This document shows positions 49,682 to 58,578 of a stretch of DNA of 64,000 nt, piece after piece. A program made the translations under genes and the position numbers. Positions within the stretch are counted from its first letter, which is position 1. Every line of letters starts with the position of its first letter. Below the pieces are notes generated by a model that was not told the DNA's origin, did not search any database, and saw nothing but the letters and a program-made list of their open reading frames with translations. The stretch is taken from contig CALSNU010000006.1 of assembly GCA_943787795.1 (NCBI GenBank), positions 192,001-256,000 of the forward strand, in the 5' to 3' direction. Source of the stretch: an uncultured bacterium. Lineage in GTDB: Bacteria; Planctomycetota; UBA1135; GCA-002686595.

Positions 49682-51697
49682 ATGATGACGCCCAAGAGTG
49701 ACCGGCCCCCCACCGGCCGCGTAGCGAGGGCTCTGCGCGCCGCAGCCGTGGCCGTGGCGCTGATCGGCCCCGCGGCCTCGAGCCCGCAGCTCCTTTCCCC
49801 TCCTCGGGGAACGCTCGGCCCTGGGACAGGTGAGTCCACGGACGGCGGGCCGGGCGACCGCACACCCGTCTCCGCTGCGCGTGCCCAACCCTGGCGCACC
49901 TGGTGGGAGTTCAATCAGGACCCCTATCTGGTGAGGATGCGTGCGCCTGCGGCGCTCCCCGTTCGCTCCCGGCCGCTCGGGCTCCAGCGACCCCTTCGCA
50001 ACCCACGGCGTCCGGACCAAGCGACCACCTACCAGGAGGTCTATCCGGCCTTGCTGGCTGCCCTGGCCACCACGCGAGATGTGGACCTCCAGGCCTCCTG
50101 CCTCCTCGCGCTGGCGAAGATCGGGCCGCCTCCCGAAGCGATCTCCAAGACCCTCGAGTTCACCCCGCTTGCCGAGACCCTCCTGCCCTTCATCCGCGCC
50201 GCCAACGAACGCGTCCGCGACCTGGCCGTCCTCTCCCTCGGCATCTCGGGAGACGCGAGCGTTGCCCCGCTCCTCGCCTCCATCGCGCGCGATCAACCGG
50301 AAGGCCGCAAGGCGATCCGCGGGGGCAAGATCGACCGCCGCACACGCGCCTTCGCAGCCCATGCGCTCGGTCTCCTTGGGGCATCCACGCCGCGCCGGGC
50401 GGAGCGAGCCCTGATCGAACATGAGCTGAGGTTGATCGCCGCAGAGAACCACGACACGGCGGACCTGGTCGTGGCCGCTGTCATCGCGCTCGGCTGGTGC
50501 CCGCTCCCCGTGCAGGTCCAACCTCAGGGAGAACCAGCGATCCCTGGGGGCCGGGAGGCCACCATTCGGGCGTTGCTGGAGTTGGACGATCGTCGTGGCG
50601 TCGACTTCCGGGGACGCGCCCAGCTCCCGGTCGCGGTGGCACGCCTCCTGGCGGCCCCCCTTGAACCGCTCCCCGCCGAGGCTGGCCTTCAGGCCTCCGT
50701 GCGGCTCTTCGAGCTCCGCCACGAGCTCGTCGCTAGGTTCTCCGCGCGCCTCCACGGCCCGCGGCCTGAGAAGCTCGCGGTGGTCCGCGAGGGGCTGGCC
50801 CAGGCACTCGGCCTCCTCATCCTGGACCAGGCCACCCCCGCGGACACCGCGGCCATCGCGGCCCTCACGGCCGTGGCCAGCGACGGACAGGAGACCGAGG
50901 CGCTGCTCAGCATGATCGCGCTGGCGAGGGTTTGCGGCCGGGCTTCGCTCGACCGCGGGCAGACAGCACGGGACATTCGCAGGACCCTCACCCGCCTGGC
51001 TATCGAGGGCAGCTCCCTTCGACAAGCCTCTGCCCTGCTCGCCCTCGGCGTCGCCGATGACCGTGGACAGTCCACCGGGCAGGCCCCGGCCCTCGGCACC
51101 CGCTCGTTCCTCGCTCGCCGCGCCGCCAAGGGCTCCCCCGCCCAGGCCACGGCGGCGACGATCTCACTGGGCCTCACGGGCGACCGGGAAGGCGCCGCCG
51201 CTGCACGGGCCGGATTGACCACCGGGAACTTCGCGGACCGCGGTGCCCGGGCCCTGGCGGTCGCCATGCTCGTGGATGGGCCGGGGCTCGAGACGATCCG
51301 CACCGAGCTGCGCAGCCCCCTCTACCGCCCGTACCTCACCCGGGACTTCGCCACAGCGCTCGCGCTGGTGGGCGACACGCAGCTGGTCCCGCTCCTCATC
51401 GGACGCCTGGTCAACGCGAACTTCATCCCGGAGAGGATTGCGGCGGTCCAGGCCTTCGAGTGGAGCACAGACCCCGAGGCCGCGTCGGCGCTACTGTTCG
51501 TGTTGACAGAGCCGCACCTCGGCACCAAGCAGATCGACGACACCAGCCGGGCGTTCGCGGCGTCAGCGCTCGGCAACCTCTGCAGCCAGGATCCCCTGCC
51601 CTGGAACGCCCGCATCGCGCTGGACGTGGTCTGGAACGCAGCGCCGCCGTCCCTCACGGATGCGAGGAACGGCGGCGGAGTGCTGGACGTGCTTTGA
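49682..51697 (+). CDS. Secreted HEAT-repeat protein, paralog of 47311..49446
   Basis: Shares WWxFNxxPYL, LALAKIG, RTRxFAAxxLGL, DTxRxFAAxALG, LPWN and the terminal GxG[IV]LD[IV]L. Confidence 0.82.
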   Translation: MMTPKSDRPPTGRVARALRAAAVAVALIGPAASSPQLLSPPRGTLGPGTGESTDGGPGDRTPVSAARAQPWRTWWEFNQDPYLVRMRAPAALPVRSRPLGLQRPLRNPRRPDQATTYQEVYPALLAALATTRDVDLQASCLLALAKIGPPPEAISKTLEFTPLAETLLPFIRAANERVRDLAVLSLGISGDASVAPLLASIARDQPEGRKAIRGGKIDRRTRAFAAHALGLLGASTPRRAERALIEHELRLIAAENHDTADLVVAAVIALGWCPLPVQVQPQGEPAIPGGREATIRALLELDDRRGVDFRGRAQLPVAVARLLAAPLEPLPAEAGLQASVRLFELRHELVARFSARLHGPRPEKLAVVREGLAQALGLLILDQATPADTAAIAALTAVASDGQETEALLSMIALARVCGRASLDRGQTARDIRRTLTRLAIEGSSLRQASALLALGVADDRGQSTGQAPALGTRSFLARRAAKGSPAQATAATISLGLTGDREGAAAARAGLTTGNFADRGARALAVAMLVDGPGLETIRTELRSPLYRPYLTRDFATALALVGDTQLVPLLIGRLVNANFIPERIAAVQAFEWSTDPEAASALLFVLTEPHLGTKQIDDTSRAFAASALGNLCSQDPLPWNARIALDVVWNAAPPSLTDARNGGGVLDVL

Positions 51698-51719
51698 GCC
51701 GCTGAGGCGGCCGGCGGGA

Positions 51720-52541
51720 TCAGAAGACCGCGCCCGCGGTGATCCAATCGCGGATCACGGTGACATCGCCTGCGAAGGTGCCGCCGAAGGGCATCTGGGA
51801 CCCGCAGGAGGGCGTCGGATTCGCGAGCTTGTCGTAGAGCAGGCTGTTCTGGAAGTCCCCGGGGATCACGTAGATGCTGCCCTGGCAGTTGAAGCTCGTT
51901 GAAGCCGCGTTCACCAGCGAGGCATAGGCGGAGGCCGCGTCCTGTCCCATGTTCAGGCCACCGAACGAACCGTGGCAGATGACGCACTCCGGAGCGTTGA
52001 TGTTCGGCTGCGTGAGCATCGGGTAGATGTCCTGGCTGAACGTCGGCCCGGCGCTGTCGAACGTGAGCTCGAGGCCGGGGCTGAAGTTGGAGGTGACCGA
52101 GCCCCCCGCCGCGTCCCGGTGCCAGAACTGGAAGTTCACCGTATCCCCCGGGAGCGCCGCGTAGTTGCCCGTTGGCGAGGGCAGCGCCGTGACGTCAATG
52201 CTCAGGCTGACCGAGCCCGTCGAGCCGGATGAGACGATGTTGCCGGCGTAGCGGCCGATGTTCCCCGAGATGCAGAGATTGCCCGATGAGCCGCCGGGGC
52301 CCGGGATGAAGGCCTGCGTCTGGCTGGTTACGAAGTAGCCAAAGGCGTTGAGCGGCAGCGAGCTGCACGCGAGCGTCACATCGTTGAGCGCCACATCGGT
52401 ACTCCCTGTGGCCGAGATGACGGAGGGCCCGCCTGTGGAGTTCGAGTTGGCGGAGCAGTACGAGCTTCCGATCTGGGCAGAGGCGGAGCCGGCCAGGGCG
52501 AGCAGCGCGAGCGCAGTGGTGGAGAACGCGGTGGCGGTCAT
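51720..52541 (-). CDS. Secreted protein: shared ~140-aa domain plus a planctomycete-type monoheme cytochrome c
   Basis: Signal ...AGSASA-Q; PTFSQDIYP...CVICH...VIPGD...SLL...QMP...IRDWITAGA. Confidence 0.85.
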   Translation of the reverse strand: MTATAFSTTALALLALAGSASAQIGSSYCSANSNSTGGPSVISATGSTDVALNDVTLACSSLPLNAFGYFVTSQTQAFIPGPGGSSGNLCISGNIGRYAGNIVSSGSTGSVSLSIDVTALPSPTGNYAALPGDTVNFQFWHRDAAGGSVTSNFSPGLELTFDSAGPTFSQDIYPMLTQPNINAPECVICHGSFGGLNMGQDAASAYASLVNAASTSFNCQGSIYVIPGDFQNSLLYDKLANPTPSCGSQMPFGGTFAGDVTVIRDWITAGAVF

Positions 52542-52723
52542 ATGAGTCAATGCGGGTAGTAGCGTGAACGGCGATGGGGCGCCCTGGAAGACGAAGCGGC
52601 AGGCAACCCGGTTCCCTGACGACCGAGCGAGCTTCCAAAGAATAGCCCGCTGGATCGGCCACGGCACCGCAGGTTGAACCTGCGTCTCAGACCGCGACTT
52701 CGGACCGCAAGCGAGAGGCCTCC

Positions 52724-55066
52724 TCAGGCCTCCGCGAGGATCCAGAGCGTGCAAAGCGCCACACCCCGAGCAGAGCGAGCGCAAGGAGGACCCCAGCCGC
52801 GGACGCTGTGATCTTCGCGCGAGACAGCGCTGCGGAGGCGACGGCCCCCCCGACTCGCCGCCCGATCCACCTCGATCACCAGCCGCTCGAGGGTGCCCTC
52901 AGCGAGCCGCCCCATGCCCTCAGCGCTCGCGGCTGCTTGTAGATCGCGGAGCCTGGCCCCGGCGAGCCTGTCAGCGCCCACCACGAGCGCCAGGTCGACC
53001 ACAAGGCCCAGGAGCGCGAGGTCTGCGCCGTGTTCCGCCATGGCAATCTCGGCCGCCTCGAGGGCGCCCTGGGGATCGCCACCAGCCCAGACGAGGTACG
53101 CACGGAGATAGGCGGCGGAGACAGGGTCCGCCACCACCTCGGCAGCCTCCGACGCCCCCAGGAGGTCACCCCTCCTCGCCAGCGAGGTGGATGCGGCGAT
53201 CCGGCTGGCGTCCTCTGGCCTCGCGGCGGCCACCGCCAGCCTGACCGGCGCCTCGCCGCGCCGATTGAGCGCCTCGACCCTGGCCTCCGCCGCCGCGATC
53301 GAGCGCGCCTGGAGGGCCTCCAGATTCGACCGCTGGTCGCGAAGCTCGGACGTCGTCATCCCCGGCGCCACCACCTGCCAGGCGCCCTCAAGCTCCAGCG
53401 GGGGGAGCAAATCGCCCAGCCCGCCGATCAGGGGAGCCCCCAAGGACCCGAAGGGCCGCGTCGCCGGAGTCGGCACGTCGCCGCCGCGTCGTGCGTGGAG
53501 GGTGAGATTCCGGGAGAACGGGACCCTGAAGATCGAGACCGGCGCCCCGAAGGCCTCCACGATCGCGCCAGCGATCCCCTGCACGACCGGGTCGTCCACG
53601 CCGAACCCTCCGACGTTCACGGTGAGCCAGCCGCCATCCCGAAGCCGATGATGGATCAGCTCGAAGGCCTCGATGCTCGCGAGGTGAGGAGGCACCTCCA
53701 TGTTGTTGGCGTAGGCATCGACGATGACTTGATCGTAGGAGCCGGTCTCGAGCACGAGGGCAACTCGCCCGTCCAGCCCGCCCACCACGGTCCGCCCCGG
53801 GCTCGTCGTGTCGAGCTCGAAGTGCTCCACCGCGAGCTCCACCACGGTGGGATCCAGCTCGACGCCCGTCACGGCGAGGTTGGTCTCGGGGGCGATGATG
53901 CCCTCGAGGACACGGACCGCTGAACCACCACCAAGGCCGACAATGAAGACGGCCCAATCCGAGGGGGGCGCGCCCTGTTCCCGCGTCGACCACCCGTAAG
54001 GAAGCGCGAAGTGGTTGTAGTAGAAGCCCCCGGGGAGGAGGCCCGGGTTGGGCGCCCAGACGCTCTGGAACGAGTCGAGGCTCTCGTTGACCTGCAGCTT
54101 GCGCAGCCTGGCGTCGCCCTCCCCCGTCTCGGTGACCCGAAGACTCTGGTAGGCCGATTCGGCCTGTGCCAGCGTCAGCTCACCAGGGGCACCGGGGGCC
54201 CTGGTTGCCCCGGAGACCGCAGACGCCGTCGCGGTCGCGCCGAAGGCAAGCACGAGGCCGACCAGCCCCCCTGCCCCGCGGGCCTCTGCGGAGCGCCGAG
54301 CCGTCGAGCGCACCACCAGACCGCACGTGAAGAGCACAAGACCTGCGGTCAGGAACGTCCACGTCGTCCCCAGCACAGGCACGAACAGGTGGGTGGTCCC
54401 GAAGGTGCCGCCAAGGCTCCCCAGCGTCGAGGCGGCCAGCACATGCCCGCCCGCGTGTCCTGCGGCGTCGCCGCGCTGGCGCTGGAGGCTCTCCACCGCG
54501 AGCGGGCACGCGCATCCAAGGCATGCCGCAATGGGGAGGAACAGCACGAGCGCTGATGCGAGGCTGCCCCACACGAGCAACCTGGAGGCTCCGGCCAGCG
54601 CGACCCCGTCCGGCATGAAGAGGCCAGCGACCACCGGTGTCATGGCCGGGAGGGTCGCAGCGAGCATCGAGCCCAGCAGCAGCACGGCACCCAGACGAGC
54701 CAGAGGAGTGGGCCCGCTGGCGAAGCGGGCTCCCAGGGTGTAGCCGACGGCGAGCGCCGCGAGCACGACGCCGATGACGTTGGTCCAAACGCTGCTGGAG
54801 GCGCCGAACCAGGGGGCCAGGAGCCTCACGGCGCCCAGCTCGACCACCATGGTGGCGCCCCCGGCGAGGGCCACCACCAGGAGCAGGGCGACGGGAGTCA
54901 TCCCCCGGCGCGCGCCGGCATTCATGTCGCCGTCGACGGAGCCTTCAGCGGAGCCTTCAGCGGAGCCTTCAACGAAGCCGTCAGCGGCCCCATCAACGCC
55001 TGGGCCGACGCCCCCCACCGGAGCGGCGTCAGCGAGTGCGTCAACCTCTGCAGGTTCGGGGGCCAT
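52724..55066 (-). CDS. Fused MFS/spermidine synthase-like membrane methyltransferase
   Basis: GGATMVVELGAVRLLAPWFGASS, STLGSLGG, IVGLGGG, VELDP, DGR and DQVIVDAY. Confidence 0.9.
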   Translation of the reverse strand: MAPEPAEVDALADAAPVGGVGPGVDGAADGFVEGSAEGSAEGSVDGDMNAGARRGMTPVALLLVVALAGGATMVVELGAVRLLAPWFGASSSVWTNVIGVVLAALAVGYTLGARFASGPTPLARLGAVLLLGSMLAATLPAMTPVVAGLFMPDGVALAGASRLLVWGSLASALVLFLPIAACLGCACPLAVESLQRQRGDAAGHAGGHVLAASTLGSLGGTFGTTHLFVPVLGTTWTFLTAGLVLFTCGLVVRSTARRSAEARGAGGLVGLVLAFGATATASAVSGATRAPGAPGELTLAQAESAYQSLRVTETGEGDARLRKLQVNESLDSFQSVWAPNPGLLPGGFYYNHFALPYGWSTREQGAPPSDWAVFIVGLGGGSAVRVLEGIIAPETNLAVTGVELDPTVVELAVEHFELDTTSPGRTVVGGLDGRVALVLETGSYDQVIVDAYANNMEVPPHLASIEAFELIHHRLRDGGWLTVNVGGFGVDDPVVQGIAGAIVEAFGAPVSIFRVPFSRNLTLHARRGGDVPTPATRPFGSLGAPLIGGLGDLLPPLELEGAWQVVAPGMTTSELRDQRSNLEALQARSIAAAEARVEALNRRGEAPVRLAVAAARPEDASRIAASTSLARRGDLLGASEAAEVVADPVSAAYLRAYLVWAGGDPQGALEAAEIAMAEHGADLALLGLVVDLALVVGADRLAGARLRDLQAAASAEGMGRLAEGTLERLVIEVDRAASRGGRRLRSAVSREDHSVRGWGPPCARSARGVALCTLWILAEA

Positions 55067-55078
55067 GGAACTCCTTGC

Positions 55079-56374
55079 TCAGCCGTCCGACTCGCCGCCA
55101 CCGGAAAGGTCCGGCAGGTAGTACTGCTTCGACGCCACGAAGACCCGGCCCGGGTCCACCTTGCCGGCGTAGAGCATGTCGAGGAAGACCCGGAAGCTGC
55201 GCTCGAACTGATCCTCGTAGCGCTTCCCGTTGGCGATCACCACCACCGGCCGGCTCATGTCAACGATGGCGTCGGACAGGTAGAGCGTGGCCTCCGTGAG
55301 GCCCGTGCCATTGAGCGTGATCGTGTTCTCCTCGCGGTTCACCTCGACGTCAACCCTGACGCCTTCGACGTCCGGCAGGCGGGGCACCTGCAGCCAGTAG
55401 GCGTTGGTCGGGAAGGTCGCCCCCGGAATGAGCGTGAACGAGGTCGGGTAGCTGTTCCGCTTGAGCCCAGCCATCCACTCGATGATCCCGCTCTCACCAC
55501 CGCTGGTGGCCAGGGTGACGCCCGTCAGGCCAGCCTCCTTCGCTCGCTCCTCGAAATCTGTCGCCTTGCTGCCGCCGCCTGAGATCAGCACGGGAAGGTG
55601 CTTGAGATTCTCGACAGGGATACCTTCGCCCGCATCGGCCGCCCAGCAGAACGCGCCGGCGAAGCGGCTGGGGAACATGTTCGCGATCGCGAGCGCGGCC
55701 TCTCCGCCAAGCTGGCGTCCGCCAATGAACACGCGATCGAAGTCGATCGCGTAGATCTCAGAGACGTTGCGGAGGGTGAGCATCACCGCCGTCAGGCCCT
55801 CGATCTCGGACCACTTACCCGAGTCCCCGGGCATCTTCGGGCAGGCGATGATCGTGGACTCCCGCAGGGCGCCGTTCACCCAGTTATTGGTGATGTGGGC
55901 CTTGGGGTTCTCGCCCTCCTCTGGGAGGGTGATGATCAGCGGGTACGGGCCGGACTTGGCTCTGTACTTCGCGGGCGACCAGAGCGCGTACTCCACGGTG
56001 CCCCGTGCCCCGTTGTCGACGGTGCGCTCACTCACCTTGCCGGCCCCTCGCTTGGGCTGCTTCCTGTCGAACTTGTTCGACAGGTAGATCATGGCCCCGA
56101 GATCCTCGGGGCTCGCCAGCAGCGTCGTCCCCTTCAGCTTGCGGTTCTTGTCGTTGAGCTTGCCCAGCTCCTCGCGGATGTCGGCCTCGGCCTCCATCTT
56201 GCCCTTGCCGTCAGCGATCGCCTCGTACCAGTCCGACACCTTGCCAGAGACCTTCTTGAGGTCCTTGTCGGTGAGCAGGCGGTCCGCGGCGGACGAGACG
56301 AGGGGCGATGCGGCCGCGGCCACCGCCAGCATGAGGCCGACCGAGGCGGTGCGAAGGAGTTTGTGGTGCTGCAT
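55079..56374 (-). CDS. Secreted alpha/beta-hydrolase-like protein (nucleophile Ser apparently replaced)
   Basis: Signal peptide; YPLIITL, IDFDRVFIGGRQLGG, PSRFAG, ENLKHLPV, AYWL and DMSRPVVVIANG. Confidence 0.75.
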   Translation of the reverse strand: MQHHKLLRTASVGLMLAVAAAASPLVSSAADRLLTDKDLKKVSGKVSDWYEAIADGKGKMEAEADIREELGKLNDKNRKLKGTTLLASPEDLGAMIYLSNKFDRKQPKRGAGKVSERTVDNGARGTVEYALWSPAKYRAKSGPYPLIITLPEEGENPKAHITNNWVNGALRESTIIACPKMPGDSGKWSEIEGLTAVMLTLRNVSEIYAIDFDRVFIGGRQLGGEAALAIANMFPSRFAGAFCWAADAGEGIPVENLKHLPVLISGGGSKATDFEERAKEAGLTGVTLATSGGESGIIEWMAGLKRNSYPTSFTLIPGATFPTNAYWLQVPRLPDVEGVRVDVEVNREENTITLNGTGLTEATLYLSDAIVDMSRPVVVIANGKRYEDQFERSFRVFLDMLYAGKVDPGRVFVASKQYYLPDLSGGGESDG

Positions 56375-56517
56375 GAACAGGAGACAGATCCGTCAAAGGC
56401 GCGGGAGAGAAGAGGCCAGCGCAGCGCTCGCCAAGGCGCGCCGCGGACCCGATGGATTCTAGTGTGCGAGAGGGGGAGGGGTTTCAGGCCCATTCCACGG
56501 AATCGGCGCCCAAGGGC

Positions 56518-57231
56518 TCAACGTCGGCCCCGAAGGGCGGCGAGCGACGCCAGAGCGTGCCCTCGGAGCGCCCATGGACAGCTCTCCGGCGGGTCCCCGC
56601 GGTCCAGCTGGTGCCCGAACAGGCGGGCGGCCTCGAGCGCGTCACCCGCCAGCAGCGCCTTGAGCCCAAGGATCTGTCCTCCATCGGTGCTCCCCATGAC
56701 GAGCGCCCGTCCCAGGGAGGCTCGCTCACCGCTCTCATCCCCGAAGCCCGCCGCCAGGATCGCCCGCCGCTGCACGACGGCCAGCCGATCCCCTTCGCCG
56801 AGTTCGGGCTCGCGGAGAAGCGCCATCAGCAACCCATCCGCAACCGCATACGCGTCGAGGGCGCTTTCGCCCCTCGCGTCCGCGGGAGCCGACCGACGCA
56901 GGGCGCCCTCGGCGCAGAAGGCGCTCCAGACCGCGTTCGCCCGCGAATGCAGCGCCAGCGCCAGGCCGACAGCGGAGGGCCCATCCCAGGCGTCCATTCG
57001 CGCCATGAACTGGTCAAAGCCCTCCTGGAGCAGCGCCGCCTCCTCCTGACCGTCGAGTGCCGGACCCTTCAGGGCGTCGATCAACTGCTCGATGGCCGCG
57101 GGCTCGTCGACACCCCGGCCTGCGCCCGCCTCCTGCCCGACGACAACCGCGCCGGCGGTCAGCGCCCCCGCAACGGCCACCAGCCCAGCCACCCAAGAGC
57201 GCCCACGAGCCACGGGGCCGGTCACCGTCAC
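56518..57231 (-). CDS. Hypothetical exported helical protein
   Basis: GTGA overlap with the purM stop; N-terminal hydrophobic helix. Confidence 0.6.
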   Translation of the reverse strand: MTVTGPVARGRSWVAGLVAVAGALTAGAVVVGQEAGAGRGVDEPAAIEQLIDALKGPALDGQEEAALLQEGFDQFMARMDAWDGPSAVGLALALHSRANAVWSAFCAEGALRRSAPADARGESALDAYAVADGLLMALLREPELGEGDRLAVVQRRAILAAGFGDESGERASLGRALVMGSTDGGQILGLKALLAGDALEAARLFGHQLDRGDPPESCPWALRGHALASLAALRGRR

Positions 57232-58277
57232 GCCCACCGGACGACCCCGGCGTCGCCCGCGGCCTCGACGGTCTGCCCGATCCGGATGGCCTCCTCGCCC
57301 TGGGAGGCGAGGTGCGCCTCAACGGCCTCGAGATCCGCGTCGTCCACGAACAGGACCATGCCAATCCCCATGTTCAGGGCCTGGTACGCCTCGTCACGGT
57401 CGATGCGAGCGGCGTCCACGATCATCTTGAACAGCGGCGGGACCTCCCAGCTCGCAAGGTCAATGACCGCATCGCAACTGCCCAGGATTCGCGGCACGTT
57501 GTCGATCAGGCCCCCGCCGGTGATGTGGGCGAGGCCCGGCAGCTTGTCCTCCTGCAAGAGCGGCCAGAGCAGCTCAAGGTAGCTCCTGTGGGGAGCGAGC
57601 AAGGCCTCCCCGAGGGTGACCCCGCCGAGGGCTTCGGGGCGGTCCTCCACGGTCAACCCCAGGCGCTCGAAGAGCACCTTGCGGGCCAGAGAGTAGCCAT
57701 TGGTGTGCAGGCCGCTGGACCTGAGCCCGATCAGCGTCTGCCCGGGGCGGACGCGAGAGCCATCCAGCACCTTGTCGCGGGCCACGGACCCGACGATGAA
57801 GCCCACCAGGTCAAAGTCCCCGTCGCCATAGAGCCCCGGCATCTCCGCCGTCTCGCCCCCGAGCAATGCGAGTCCGTTGTCTCGACAGGCGTCCGCGCAG
57901 CCCCGAACCAGGCTCGCGACGACGTCCGGCTCCAAGCGTCCAGTCCCGACGTAGTCGAGGAAGAAGTGAGGCCGGGCTCCTTGAACGAGAATGTCGTTGA
58001 TGCAGTGCTGCACGAGGTCTCGACCAACGCTGTCGTGGATCCCGCAGAGCTTGGCCACCTCCAACTTGGTGCCGACCCCATCGGCGCTCGCGACGAGGAT
58101 GTGCCCTCCGCAGTCCACCCGGTCAAGGTCGAAGAGGCCTCCAAAGAGCCCCATGTCAGACAGCACGCCCGGGGTGAAAGTGGAGCGGACGGCGTCCTTG
58201 GCCGCGCCAAGGGCGGCGTCCTGCGCGGCGATATCAACGCCAGCGTCCTTGTAGGTGATCGGTGCGGGTTCGGACAC
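57228..58277 (-). CDS. purM: Phosphoribosylformylglycinamidine cyclo-ligase (AIR synthetase)
   Basis: TYKDAGVD, DGVGTK, GGETAEMPG, SSGLHTNGYSL, HITGGG and NMGIGM; GTG start 58277. Confidence 0.97.
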   Translation of the reverse strand: MSEPAPITYKDAGVDIAAQDAALGAAKDAVRSTFTPGVLSDMGLFGGLFDLDRVDCGGHILVASADGVGTKLEVAKLCGIHDSVGRDLVQHCINDILVQGARPHFFLDYVGTGRLEPDVVASLVRGCADACRDNGLALLGGETAEMPGLYGDGDFDLVGFIVGSVARDKVLDGSRVRPGQTLIGLRSSGLHTNGYSLARKVLFERLGLTVEDRPEALGGVTLGEALLAPHRSYLELLWPLLQEDKLPGLAHITGGGLIDNVPRILGSCDAVIDLASWEVPPLFKMIVDAARIDRDEAYQALNMGIGMVLFVDDADLEAVEAHLASQGEEAIRIGQTVEAAGDAGVVRWA

Positions 58278-58578
58278 GTGTGGTGCGAAGGCGAGGCGCG
58301 GCACAGGGCCGGCGGAGTTCGGGGCGGGACGATGGCCCAGGCGGCCGAGGGGAGCTCGGATCCGGGATCCGCGCTGAGCGCACAAGATAGTGCTCTCCGC
58401 GGCCCCCTCCTACACCCAGATCGCCTCCTCCGATCGGATGGACGAGGATTCACCTCAGGCGCCCGCCCGGCTACTGCTTTCGGGGTCGCGGTCTGGGTAT
58501 CATCCAGGCCCGGAAGCGCGCTGACCTCCTCGCGCGACCCCGCCCACGATCACGCCGCTCCCGGATCCCAGAGCCACC

